DNA from: Amphiscolops sp. MND2022
Taxonomy: Eukaryota
Assembly: GCA_964187785.1 (NCBI GenBank)
Contig: OZ076409.1
Location: forward strand, 20,772,001 to 20,836,000
Direction: 5' to 3'
DNA: 64,000 nucleotides
The notes under the pieces are model-generated. The model did not search any database. It saw only the letters and a program-made list of their open reading frames with translations, and was not told where the DNA came from. A program made the translations under genes and the position numbers. Each line of letters opens with the position of its first letter. Within the stretch, counting starts at the first letter, position 1. Positions 1 through 12,218 of the stretch are shown piece by piece.

Positions 1-934
1 TCCTGTCTCTCAATCTATTTTTTCGTCAGTACTGTTGAAAAACCAAATTTTGAATATTTTTCAATTTCTGATCATTATTTCCACTTCCATTGTCTCACTT
101 CACAGTGGTTTATACATGTAATGTTTTTTTGTAAAAATTGCGGAATGTAAACCAGACAAAAGTCGGAAACGTTTTGAGAAATCCGTAAAATTATTAGGCG
201 TTCGAAACTTCATAACTAAACAGGTTCCATTCTTTTACCACAATACTGTAGAGAAGAGATCGCAGAAATTCAAGGCATGTAATAATCGTGACACTTGTGT
301 GAAAAACTGGATTCTCAGAAATCTGTGACATTTGCGTGTAATCGACAATCGAAAATGATTTTGAAGGCTTTTTGTCGAAATTGTTTAACCGTTTGCCCAA
401 TGACAACTTCATTTTCACCAGTGTGTACGCATATTTTTGCCCAATTAAATTCTTTGATTTCGAGAAGTAAATGCCAATAAACTCTCTCCAAAATGTTTCA
501 TTAAAGCAGGTAAATGTAGATGCTGGAAAAATTGTAATAAAATTGCTGTTACTTGAAAATGTATGTACAAAAAAATAAGGTTTTTGTCCATGAAAACCCG
601 TGATTTTCAAGGTTTTCGGTGAATTTCAGCGTGAAATTGGACTTTTTTCGTCATGAAATGCTCGGTGATATTGATGAAAATTCTCCATGAATTTCTTACA
701 TCCATGAAGTAGAGATAAACCAGTGCGTTGTGAATGAATTGATATTCATGATGATTCAATAGACTGCAGTGCTCCTAAAATGCTTTGTTTGTTGCATCAA
801 TTAGTTTTTACTGGTTTTAGAACAAATCCAACTCAAGAGATTCTCAAGTACCGTATCTATTCAAAAAAGGGTCTCTTTGACTTTTTGCATCAAATCCCTT
901 TACGTTTAGGGTGTTGGCACAAACTGCGATCTAT

Positions 935-1797
935 GGAATAATATGAAACGCACTTCTGTAACTAAGATCTAAAGAACTATTATCTAAATGTCATTTTTCG
1001 TAACTAGGATGTAGAGAATGCCTGCGCTCCCGAATCGAAACGAAGGTCTAAATTTTAGACGTTATTCCCGTTTTTAGATGTTATTCCCGATTTGGAAATG
1101 ATTTAAAGTTTAAAACGTGCCTCAGATATGTCCCCATTTCCTCTAGTGTCCCGCGACCCCTTGGGGCCGCTTATATTCCCATCTTGCTCAGCGAGGTCGA
1201 GCAGGAGCAAATACCTAGCGGGAACGGAGATCGCGAAACAATCGTAGTGGGAGCTGGTCTTTGCGACGGTGAGGTCGAGCGTGCATACACGTATATGACC
1301 CCACATTATTCCTTAGACGTAATTCCTGTCCTTTTTAGACCTTAGTTACGGTGCATGATTTTTTAGTCGGCACTTTTCTTTAGAAAAGAGTCGACTATAG
1401 TCATGGCTTTTCGTCAGTGTTTTTTTAAGACCACCTGAACTGACCAAAATAGTTTTACAAAAGTTCTACAAAATATTATTGCACCATTTGGCCTAGCGAA
1501 CTGAACCAAAAAGGTTTTTCCTGTTTTCCCGCGTAACATACCATACCGAGCGAGACCAAAGGGTCCCCCCTTTCAGTTTTTTTTCGGCATTGTGAGACTT
1601 TTTTCCAAAAAATTTTTTTCATAAAAGGGTCCCCAACTCACCAATACTTTGACATATTGAAGTCCTTTTGCTATTTTTGAGCCTTAGATATGGCGCCGAC
1701 TTGGGCCGTTCCCGGCTTGTTAGATCTTAGTTCTTCTTTAGATCTCAGTTACGAAATTCATTTAGATCTTAATCCTTAGACCTTAGTTATGGTCCCC
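935..1797. mobile_element. Degenerate fold-back/MITE-like element with subterminal TAACTAAGATCTA / TAGA(T/C)CTTAGTTA repeats, interrupted by a HINE
   Basis: taactaagatcta-type motifs at about 960-1010 and their reverse complements at about 1336-1350 and 1722-1790. Boundaries approximate. Confidence 0.4.
1361..1721 (+). mobile_element. HINE-like family A copy
   Basis: TTTT-AGTCGGCAC...GAGTCGACT at the 5' end; GCGCCGACT + GCCG-ttcc-CGGC hairpin + TTGTT at the 3' end. Confidence 0.75.
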
Positions 1798-1968
1798 ATT
1801 TAGGGTCACCTTTATCAGGCGAGATGCCAGTCATAGCTCTTGAAAGGATCGAAATTGACGACACTTGTTCATACACTGTCAATTCTAATAGTTGAGTTGG
1901 ACGATGAGCTGTTAATTGTAATAATTGGTGCCAGTGATGGACAAAAACTTGTTTTTAAGCTCGAGATA

Positions 1969-2450
1969 ATGTTGAACTTTCTGCCAGAACACATATTGCG
2001 TCAAATATTCAGCTATCTATGTCACTACGAAGATCTTTTCTCAATATCATCTGTTAATCGCAAACTTCGTTGCTTGGCACTCGACTGCATTGAAAATGTT
2101 GCATTCAATGTTGGAGATGTTCCCGCTGGTGGCAAGGATGTCGTGGAGCTATTGCGCTTCATTTTCTTTCGTTTCCCCAGAACTCGAAGATTGTATCTTT
2201 ATATTATTGGCTCTTATCGGCCCTTTTTGTGTTCTACTGGAGATTTTGTTAGTGAACAAGTTGTTTATCTGAAATTGGGAGGTTTTCGAACGAACACATA
2301 CATTTTCAACATTATCCGCCAACTTTTTCCCAACTTACTTCAGATTGACCTTGACAATAGTCGTTATGACGCTTCTGACGATGAAATCCATTTTTGTTTC
2401 GAGAAAATGTTCACTTTGAAGCTCCCCGGAAACACAACTCAATATGAAAG
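1969..2450 (+). CDS. F-box/LRR-like protein, exon 1 (N-terminal F-box)
   Basis: ATG at 1969 gives MLNFLPEHILRQIFSYLCHYEDLFSISSVNRKLR, an F-box-like LP.E....IF.YL...DL.....V.R pattern, followed by LRR-like FPRTRRLYL and FPNLLQIDL. Candidate phase-2 donor AG|GTATAC after 2450. Without splicing the ORF stops at 2493. Confidence 0.7.
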
Positions 2451-3079
2451 GTATACGGAAGCTTTTAAATATTCCTCAGGCTGCTTGAGCTGAAATGTTG
2501 TAGAAGTCGTAAATGTAACTGCAAGTCTATTATAGCTAGTTTATTAAATTCTCATGCGATTAATTGCCATTAGTTGTTTTTTTTTCATCAGAACTGTAGA
2601 ATCGTTGTTTTAGAACTGAATCTACAGTAGTCTACCCAAGAGGTTTGAGCACAGCAATTTTTTCCGTTCGAAAAAAGACATGAGATGTCATTTTCCAAAT
2701 TGATTACAACTAGCTTTTGAGCAGATTGATTCGATGGAAGCAATTTATTGATCGGGTTATTTGTTTCGGCAACTTGATATCTTGAAGCCGACAAGTACTG
2801 AGTGAAAAACCAAAGACTCATCCATCAATCTTACACCACAGAAAAACCAACCCGTTCAGGGTTAAAATAAGTTCTTAACATCATTGCAAAAACCGAAAAC
2901 ATGGAACAAGATCAAGTCTGTTTAACAAAGAAGATGTTGAAATTGTTGATAGACATCGTGTCCTCGGGTCGGTAATATGATCAGAATCTGCTTTTGAAAA
3001 GTTCAGAAACTATAAAAATGAATACAATCAGATCGTAGAGAAGTTGTCGTAACACGCAAAAATTTCTCACCAAAATGTA

Positions 3080-3865
3080 TTACACTGCTTTACCAAAGGT
3101 CTCCAAAACAAAGTGACCTTTCTCTAAAGCACGACTGCTAATTTCATAAGAAATCGAAGAAACGGTTACAAAGATCAAGGAAAACCTGATCCCAGCAATA
3201 AGTGGCAAAAATGAAATCACGGACGAGGAACGGTCTTTTTTCGCCCTGCCTGTGAGGGATGGTGGAGTCAACATAGTACATCCCGAAGACAGAGTAGAAG
3301 AATTGAACTGGTCGAGACAAATGGCAGCATGTTAAGACAATGACGATGACGCGGAGGCTCAACAGTCTTTAATCGTGAAACAAATCAGAAAAGAAAAGAC
3401 TGCAAAAGTCAAAGAAGATAACCGATTTGAAAGAAAAACTCAATGAAAATCAACGATATGCACCAGATCTGTTAATTGAAAAAGGTGCATCAAACTGGCT
3501 TAGCATGCTGTCCTTCGAACGATATCATTTTTATTTATCGGAAACGGAATTCTGCGACGGTTTGGCCCTGCGCTATGAGTCGGTAACCCCTGCGAACACC
3601 GGCAATGTGTCCCTGCGGAGAGCTTTTCAGTATCGCATTCCCTCCAATGCAACAAAGGAGGGTACACCCGAATGCGACACAACGAAATTCGCGGCACATT
3701 CGCCTCCGTTGTGGAAGTCTGCTATGATGTTGAAATTGAGCTGAAACTTCAGCCTTTGGAAGGTGAGTCTTTCGTCCATAAAACAACGACAACTGAAGAT
3801 GAGGCGAGATTAGACATTGAAGCAAATGTACTCTGGGACTCTCGTTTCTGTAGAACTTTTTTCGA
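3080..3865 (+). mobile_element. Decayed 3' fragment of an RLE-type (CRE-like) non-LTR retrotransposon
   Basis: Frameshifted pieces LPVRDGGVNI, GASNWLS..., EFCDGLALRY, CPCG...HSLQCNKGGYTRMRHNEIR (zinc knuckle) and LQPLEGE...EDEARLDIEAN.LWDSRF.RTFF (restriction-like endonuclease region). Confidence 0.7.
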
Positions 3866-5487
3866 GCTACAAGCTCTTCTACGTAGTTTCGTCCTGTCTC
3901 AGAGGCTGCAGAGCGACACGCCGCCAACAAGCAATCGTAGAGTTATCTATTTGTGCTATAGTATAGTTCACGAGGGAGAGCTGTCATAAATGTGACAATC
4001 CCCCGGGTGGTTCCCACGGAACCATATAATTTCCGACTATCAATGAAATTTGAGATACAATGTCCTAATTCATAAATTACCCTCCACTTGCCGGTTTTCT
4101 GAATTTGTTTTACAGGACCGTTATTGACACTGTAAGGAGGCTCTGCAGCTTGCAGCGTACTGACATCCAAACTGTTTTCACTGACATGCCCTCCATGTAC
4201 TAAGGGCAAAAAATCCCATCTCTCTACACCAAATCCCGGTTTCAATACGCGCGGTCCTTATCAAGTTATTGAAGTAAGAAAAGGAGGGAAGTATGCGGAG
4301 GGACATTATTGTGAAAATTTCCATAGAGTTTACAGCACCAAAAAATGCCCGAAGATATACCCATAAGACTCGAAAAACTTTTACCCATGATCGCAACATC
4401 AAAAATCCTTTTTTTTCTTATCGGGAAAACGTCCCACAATGCCGAAAACTTCAAAAAAGACCCTTCAAGTTTGCAAAACGAGCCAAAAAAGTGAAGGGGA
4501 TAGGGTGGTGCCCTTGGACCAAATAAATTTATTTGAAGACATAACAGAAAACTTAAATGAAAAGGTTGCAAAAAATTTAAAATCGCTTTGATAAGTCGCA
4601 TAGATCAGTCCCTGAAAAAAAAACAGCTGACTCTCTGTGCTCGCCAAGCTGTTGGTCCTTGCTGAATTCAAAACTTTTCAAGAGAACCCTACAGTAAATG
4701 GAACTTTTTCGAAAAAAATCAGTGTCGAAAAACTCCAAAGTGTGGAGCCTTTGGTCTTTCCTCTACTTTTGGGTTCTGGTTCAGTGCGGCACTCGAACCC
4801 AGTTACCCAGGCAGAAATTGGAGAACAAAATCCCGTTCTGAAACTTAAGATTTTTTGTTTGAGAATATGGAAAATAAAGTCGCCAACAATTGTCTCCAGT
4901 AGTTGTTTTCGCTATTATCGCACATAATCCATGTGATTCAAATTCCCATTACTTGTATTTGAATGCCATGCAATCGAATGCTCAGCAATTGATTGATTGT
5001 TATCGGAGTGAAAGGAAAATCTCACCGGGTATTGTTCATCCTCAGAAATGTCACATAAGAATCCCCCTTTTTTTGATTTTGACAGCGAATTTTTTCGGAA
5101 CCTTCATTTCAACGAAGTGTTTTTCTGATTTTTTTTTCACTGAGAAGCATTTTTAAGCGCAAAGGTTTCAGTCTTGAGACATTTCATGAAATTAGCCATT
5201 TAGTGTTTTTGTAAATTGGAATAAAGCCTTTTCAAGCCTTCAGAGCTTCCCTTTTAATCTTTTCCACTCTGTGAAACTGAGAATTATTGAAAAACAGTTC
5301 CCTAATTCGTCGAAGTACTGTGCACATTTGAGCTTGGGGTGCCGACATCTTGTAGAGATAGTGCTCAATGGTACATACTATTGTTAGTCGGCGCTTTTTG
5401 ACAAAAACTGTCCGACTGATACAGTGGCTAGTTTTTTTTCGTCAGACCACAGAGCTCAGTATGTACCACTTTTTGGCGTAGAGGTTA

Positions 5488-5607
5488 ATCGGTTTAATGA
5501 GAAATTTTCGTAAATTTTGCGCTATTTCCAAACTTTTATCCGAACTATAGTTCGGATAAAAGTTTGGAAATAGCGCAAAATTTACGAAAATTTCTCATTA
5601 AACCGAT
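5488..5607. repeat. Perfect 120-bp palindrome without spacer
   Basis: atcggtttaatgag...ccgaacta|tagttcgg...ctcattaaaccgat, symmetric about 5547/5548. Confidence 0.95.
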
Positions 5608-5852
5608 GTCAATGTGTAGTGGAAAAAAGGCTCTACATGAGCTGGACTCTTTATAAAACGGTGAATGCTGTTTCCCGGCCAAAATGTTTTGAAAAACGTT
5701 AAGTTCAAATTCAAGACGGACAGGGTTGTCGAGGTTACAGCATTCGCCCTGGGAAACATTTTTGGGAAACACATTCTTTCATGTAGTTCCCTTTTGTTTT
5801 TTTGGCTCTCCGGGATCGGAAAGTTTCCATTTTACCCATTTCGTTGAGGTTC

Positions 5853-6710
5853 TTTTTTAGTCGGCGCTTTTTACTAGTGAAAGTGCAAGACACTTACAGT
5901 GTCTACCTTTTTCGTCAGGGACGCTGAAATGACCACTTTTAGATTTAGAAGAGGTCCCGCTTTTTGGCCTATCGGTTAACGCAAATTTTCAGTCCTGGTG
6001 AGGGGGTCTGAAGCAGGAACTTTGGGTTCTAGTCCCGCACTAAACCAATTTTTTATGCATACGAAGGAAAATGCTTTTTTCAGCATTATGCGACTTTTTT
6101 TGCCATTAAACCGAAGCTCTATTTCTATTTTTACCAGACATCGGTGTTTTGCGAGCTTAGAGGGCCCTTAAGGTTTTTCGGCACTATGCGACTTGTCGAA
6201 GACATTTTTTGACCAAAAAGTTGAAATGGTTTTCACTCAATTTTTGATTTTCTAGGTCTTCCTATTGAAGAAAACCGTTTTCTGAGTCTTGAGGGTGACC
6301 TCTTTGGTTATATTTTGGACCGGGAAGACTGATGACCACAGTGTTCTTAATAATTGTGGAAAAAACCTACGGTTATATCGGCACTGTGCGACTTTTTCGA
6401 AAAACATTTACGTTGTCAAATGGTGCTCCCTTCACGTTTTGAAAATTTTCGATTGAAAAAAGCGCTTTGCGAACTTGTAGGGTCTCCTTTTAGGTTTTTC
6501 GGCGCTGTCTTTTAGAGAGAAAAAAAACGATTTTTTCAATCATTAGTTTTTAGTTTTTCCAGGGAAAAGCGGTTTTTGAGTGAGTACTTCAGGTATTTTT
6601 TGCACTGTAAATTTGATAAAAATTCACTATAGTGTCCCTTCGCATATTTATAACACTTTACTCTGTTTGAATTTTGTACAGGGCGTCGACTTGGGCCGTT
6701 TCGGCTTGTT
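5853..6710 (+). mobile_element. HINE-like family A copy (diverged, with tRNA-like segment)
   Basis: ttttttagtcggcgc start; gcgtcgacttgggccgtttcggcttgtt end; TGGCCTATCGG ... GGTTCTAGTCC boxes at about 5965-6036. Confidence 0.65.
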
Positions 6711-7892
6711 CTTTTCTGATGTTATCAGTGAAGAAAAAGCGTTCTAAGAACCTAATTTTTGGGCAGTGTTCTTTTTTAAGTTTCAAATTAGGTGAAAGCG
6801 TTATTAGTCGGCGCTTTTAGAGTAAAAGAGGTCGAGTTTTAACGTAACACACAAAACCGGACGAGACTAAAGGTTCCCTCTTTCGATTTTTTCGGCTTTG
6901 AGATTTTTTTCGAAATTTTTTCAATGTCTCTTAAGGGTCCCCTATTTCACATTTTCGACACTTGGAGACTGTTTCATTAATTCTTGTTTTTCGTTTGTCG
7001 TTATTTTTAACGTTATGTCCGAAGTAATTTGTGTTCCACTAAAGAGGAGGCGGAGTTCAGAAAATTTTGCGCTATATCCGACTTGAGGATACATCCGACG
7101 TAAGTTGCGTTCCATTAAAGAGGCGGTGGACGTTCGAAAATATTGCGCTAAATCTGACTTTTTGACGTTATATCCGAACTATATTGCGTTTCGCTAAGGA
7201 GGAAGCGGAGGTTCGAAAATATTGCTACTTCAGAGGGCCTTGTTTAATTTGACATGTTGGAAACATATGCATGAACTAGTTCTCAGATCTGTTGAGGTAT
7301 TAATTTTGGTTTGATGACCTTTTTTGGATATTTCTTGATTTTTGGTTTCTTTTTCTCTGTGGCTGGTAGGTGTGCCACTTTTTCCCAAAGACGTCTTATG
7401 ACAGTATGTCTAAAATTCCACCGTACCACTGCCTCGTTTTTTGTTGAACTCAAATTGATTGTTTCATTTTGAGCATGAGTGCGCCTAAAAGTACGAGTGT
7501 GCTTCATAGACCGGAATTCTCTTGTTCAAGATTTGCATGTATGTGGTCTATATTTGGGCTTGGCAGTCTACTTGAAAAAAAACTTGTTTCCCGGAAAACT
7601 GCTCAAAACTGAAGCATATCTGCAATTTTATAATTTTTAGAAAGTTTTTTATCCTGGTTGGTTGAAATAAAACCTTGGCAGTCGCAAAATGTTATAGCTC
7701 GATGATTTTTGTTTTTTGGTGAAATTTCATTAGATGGTTAAGAATTAAGTTGTACATGTGCTACGTTTGGCCATAAACATCTGTGAGTTGAAAAGTATAC
7801 CTGCAGTGATGTCAGCAGTTAGGACAGTTTTCTGAAAGAAGTTTTTACTGTTGGCCTTGGAGTGTACACGCAAACGCCGTTTCCTGTTTCAG

Positions 7893-8808
7893 TGGATTCT
7901 TTGACCAGATAACACAATCGTTCCCAGCACTTTCATCATTCACTCTCACAACTTGGATGGGTCGTTCGTTGATTGATAGTTTCCTCACCCACTACAGGTC
8001 ATCGTTGCGATCCCTGTCTTTATGTTTTGAAACACGTGAGATCGACAGAAATCAAGCGAGGTTTCTGGAGATGATTTTGAACGGGTATTTACCGAATTTG
8101 GAGAAGCTTCAAGTTAGTTTTCTAAGTGTCAGCTGCTTCCATGACCCTATCTTGGACATACCACCAGTCGAGGACTCCTCCAGCAAAAAGTTTCGTATTC
8201 CCAACATTCTTGTCGACTTCAGAAGAGGTTACCTTCCTAATTTTAGTTGGATTCTCCCTAGTATGCGGAGTATATCGCGCAACTTTGAAGTGAGGTGTCT
8301 CATCTATCATTCCCAGCTTCTTGGTTATTTTGATTGTGCCCGTAATGTGACCCAGTTGACCCTGTATTCTCCGGTCAATTTTAACGTTTGCTCAGTATTG
8401 AGTCAGTGCCGAAACTTAGTCTATGCTGATTTCCATTCCTCAAAGTACTCTGTATTTCACCATGAATGCGGCTATCGTGGTTTATGTTCTTCCAATAAAT
8501 TGCAGTATCTTTCTTTGTATCTTCAAGCTAATAATCACGAATTCATTTTGAACTTTCTTAAATTTAACACGTTTTTAGGTGATTCAAATCCGAATTCTGT
8601 GTTTGTTATTCCGAAACTAAGCAACAACAATATTATCACCAAAGCAACTTACGATTGGATAACATCAGATGCTTCGACTTTTGACTCAATTAAAGCATTG
8701 AATTATCTCTCAAAAACATGGAAAAAGTTCAGCGAACCCGTACTACCTGAAGCCAGAGAGAGTGGATTTAATCGCGTAATCAAATTTTTCAGATGTGGCA
8801 AATTCTAA
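7893..8808 (+). CDS. F-box/LRR-like protein, exon 2 (LRR-like C-terminal region)
   Basis: Acceptor ttcctgtttcag at 7892 opens a phase-2 exon in frame with the 283-aa ORF 7957..8808 (QITQSFPALSSFTL, SLRSLSL, LPNLEKLQV, RNVTQLTL, RNLVYADF, NKLQYLSL). Phase matches the 2450 donor. Confidence 0.6.
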
Positions 8809-9265
8809 CTCTTTCTGCATTTACATGTACACGAATCCAGGGATGTGAAAAGGAGAGAAACTCTTGACAAAACTGATTTCTGGTGTTATGTACTTAATCA
8901 CCAGGTTTGAGAATTTGTTAAAATTGATGCCTCTTGTTGTATATTGTTTTTCAATTTTGATAGTGGTGATATTGTTTTTTACTGTTTCCACCTGAATATA
9001 TGTACGTTGAAGTCTTGGCTCTCTTTCGGCAACTCATTTAGTTTTATTGAAATTTAAATAGTGTATTTTCGATTTTTAGTCGCCGCTTTCCGGCGAAAAG
9101 ACCCTACTATAGCATTGGCTTTCTTAAGACCAGCGAACTGACCGATTTTATAGCTTAGTAACTTCTAATTACTACTTGTTGATATTTCTGCGTCAGTTGG
9201 AATTCAACTGAAATACTGAAAACAGTCTTTTTTCTGTTATAAAATTCAGCCATCATCAGTTACTA

Positions 9266-10172
9266 ATTACACTTGCGATAAGCAAGTGTTATGGGAAAGT
9301 GCGTGTGCTTTTTTTCCGGGCGACAACTCTCTTGTTTCACGCAGCAAGTCGCACAGTTCAACTGTGCGACTTGCTGCGTGAAACAAGAGAGTTGTCGCCC
9401 GGAAAAAAAAGCACACGCACTTTCCCATAACACTTACCCATTACATAAGTTCACGCGTTCGTGGTCTAGTGGTAAGATATTTGCTTTTCAACCCAGAGGT
9501 TCCGTGTTCGAACCCGTGCGTATGCGCTAATTTTTTTACAAGTATTCCGAAGCAGAATGTTCTCACTTTTTTCGGCACTATGATAGTCCCCCCTTTCGGC
9601 TTTGTGAGACTTTTTTTCGAATATTTTGTAATGTCCCCCAAATGTCCATCCTTCAATTTGTTTGATATTTTGCAACAGAACGAATGTTAAAAATCCCAAA
9701 GGGCCCCCTTTTCCAGATTTTTCGGCACTATGAGACTGTTACAATTTCTCGTTTTTTTTCGAAAATTTTTTAAAGACTCCAAAGGATCCTCGCTTCAATC
9801 TTTTGAAATTTCGCAACAGAATGGATGTTTAAAAATCTCAAAGGCCCCCTTTTCACAGTTTTCGGCATTGTGATATTTTTCAAAAAGAATATATTTTTTC
9901 TCAGGCCCAGCACGCTATATCCGATTTTCGTTTTTTTTAAAGACCGGTGGTTTTTCTATGCGACTTTTTTAAAATTCGTTTTCATCGAAGCCCCCCCCCC
10001 TTAATTTTTACAAGAAACGAAACGTTTTGTGAACGTGAAGGACTCCTCACCGTTTTCGGCACTATGCGACTTACCGGAGACCTTCATCAAAAAAGTTTAC
10101 TTATTTGGTTTTCTTTTGAAAAGTTGAACTTTCTTCGCAAGTGTTTGCGAAGCACGGCTTCGCCTCTGTGTT
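9266..10172 (+). mobile_element. HINE-like family B copy 1 (contains fold-back duplication and tRNA-Glu-like segment)
   Basis: 5' ACACTTGCGA-taa-GCAAGTGT; 3' TCGCAAGTGT + GCGAAGC-acg-GCTTCGC hairpin + ctctgtgTT. Confidence 0.75.
9455..9526 (+). pseudogene. tRNA-Glu(TTC)-derived segment inside family B element
   Basis: A box TGGTCTAGTGG, B box GTTCGAACC, acceptor and D stems recognisable; anticodon and T stems broken. Repeated at 26586-26657 and 59025-59096. Confidence 0.6.
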
Positions 10173-10427
10173 CATACAGCTCTCACACCAGCTAATGACA
10201 GATATTATGGAGTGAGTTTTGATTGTTGCTTAATAAGTCATTTCATGAGGGCTTCGATTACTGCCAAAGTAGTGAATGTATAATTTGCTAGAAACAAATT
10301 AGAAAAAAGTGGCACTGTACCGAAAAAGCGCCGGTCTTGAAACAATTTGGAGTAAATGGATTCGGATTTGAAAAAAAATTATTGGTGGATATGTATTGAG
10401 AAATAATTATTGACATAGTATTAGACA

Positions 10428-11053
10428 AACAAGACGGGAACGTCTAAAGTCGGCGCTATATCTAAGGCTCAAAAAGCTCAGTTTTCTAAATATGCCCAGG
10501 ATGTATTCATGAAAAGCTTTGAAAACACTTTCGAGACACCCAAAGTGTGCCTTTCATGCTCGATATGACTGGAAAATCACTTTTCTCGACTGGAAACAAA
10601 AAAAATTTTGAAATTTTTGAAATTTTTTTTTGAAAAAAATTTTTGAAAAAACTTCGAAAACGTCGCATAGTGCCGAAAAATGAAAAGGGGGACCCTTTGG
10701 GATTCATTAACATATTTTCTGTTGCAAAATATCAAAAAATCCGAAGGGGGGACTCTTTTGAAAAATTGAAAATTTTCGAAAAAAAAATTCGCACAGTGCC
10801 GAAAAAAATTGAAAGGGGGGACCCTTTGGAGTCTTCCGGTTTTGTAGGTTACGTAAAAAAGGTAAAAAACGAAAGGGGGGACCCTTTGCAGTAAGTTTGC
10901 ATTGGTGGAACTTGGCCTGAGTGAACTTATCAGTTTCTGTAAAAAGTGGTACATACGCGATGAGCTCTGTGGTCTGACGAAAAAAAAAGAAAAAAAAACT
11001 AGCCACTGTAATAGTCGGGCTTTTTTCCTTAAAGGAAAATGCGCCGACTAAAA
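10428..11053 (-). mobile_element. HINE-like family A copy, apparently inserted into an older family A copy (about 10300-11423)
   Basis: aacaagacgggaacgtctaaagtcggcgc ... gcgccgactaaaa. The flanks on either side match contiguous internal sequence of the 29272-30000 copy in reverse. Confidence 0.75.
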
Positions 11054-11852
11054 ATGAGAATTTTGAACAGTCTCATAGTGCTGAAAAAATCTGAAAGGGA
11101 TCTTTTAAGATCCATTCTGTTGCAAACTTAAAAAATTGAAGGGGCCCTTTGGGGACATTAAAAAGGTTTCGAAAAAAGTCTCACAAAGCCGAAAAAGGGG
11201 TAGTCTCATAGTTCTGAAAAAAGTAGAAAGGGGGAGGACCTTTGGCTTTGTAATTGTTTTGTATTGCATGTTATTTGGTTTGGATGCGTGAAAAATCAAG
11301 TAAGTACTAAGTACTTACGATAAAAGTGCTTAGTGCACAAAAAGTAGACCGATCGCATTGAACTGACGAAAAAACTAGCCACTGTAAGAGTCGTGCTTTT
11401 TCTTCGAAAACGCTGGCTAAAAACGAAAAGGTTTTTTGTATGACTCGGCCTTCCTCCTACTGGGGTTTTTAACGCCACTCCAAATCAGCCTTTAGAAATT
11501 TTGAACTGACACCCAAAGGTATTGGCCGCATGACGCCAGCTTTATTATCATTCTAACCTCTTGTGGGCTGGAGATCATTTTCAGGCTTTATTTTTTTTAC
11601 TGAAAAGGCATTTGATTCTCGTTGCATCGTGCAACCCAGTCTTGACGTTAATGGGCTTATTAATTAGTTCATACTAAGTTTTTGGCTTCAGTGCGTGTTC
11701 CAAAATTTTTCACCATAAATTGAATTCATTGATGGAACAAATTTGCCTAATTTGCAGATAGTTCGCGAATTTTTGGCAATTGAATTTTTGACTACTAACT
11801 TGAATTTACTAACAGTGAATCAATTTCAGAACTGGGCGATGGATGAAGCCAT

Positions 11853-12148
11853 ATGATTGGTGCCATTAGGCATGTCAGTCGGAAACTAACCAAGATGAAT
11901 CAAATTCAGTGGAATAATTTTGACGTGTTTGGTTTCGATCTTGATCACACATTTGCAGCATACAAGTTTCCCGAACAGCTGGAACTTTGCTACAACTCTC
12001 TTGCCCAATGTGCTATTGAAGACTTCAACTATTCGAAAGATCTTCTCTACCAAGATGGAGTAGCCGAAAAGTACATGAGACGAGGTTTGGTGGGCGATAA
12101 AGACAAAAGCTTGATACTGAAGTTGTCTAAACACGGAAAAATTCTCAG
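11853..12148 (+). CDS. NT5DC1: 5'-nucleotidase domain-containing protein 1-like (HAD family), exon 1
   Basis: DVFGFDLDHT is HAD motif I as in NT5DC1. Phase-2 donor AG|GTAGGC. Confidence 0.85.
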
Positions 12149-12218
12149 GTAGGCAGATCTAGAATAATGTGTTTGATTGAATATAAAGCCTATTTCATGC
12201 AAAGCGGCATGCGGAGAC

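Noticed and set aside
1079..1305. Solo LTR on the minus strand (TG...CA, GC-rich, TATAAG)
   Set aside because: No matching target-site duplication and no second copy in the window; cannot be supported.
1840..1968. N-terminal extension of the F-box ORF from a TTG start
   Set aside because: Non-ATG start in a eukaryote; the F-box begins right at ATG 1969.
2614..2719. Alternative short second exon for the F-box gene (phase-2 compatible, 34 codons to a stop)
   Set aside because: No LRR-like character; the 7893 exon continues the repeat pattern better. Not excluded as a minor isoform.
9455..9526. Functional tRNA-Glu gene (also 26586 and 59025; other B-box hits at about 17425, 18180, 50045, 56950)
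   Set aside because: Anticodon and T stems do not pair and the sequences are embedded in repeats; treated as tRNA-derived relics.
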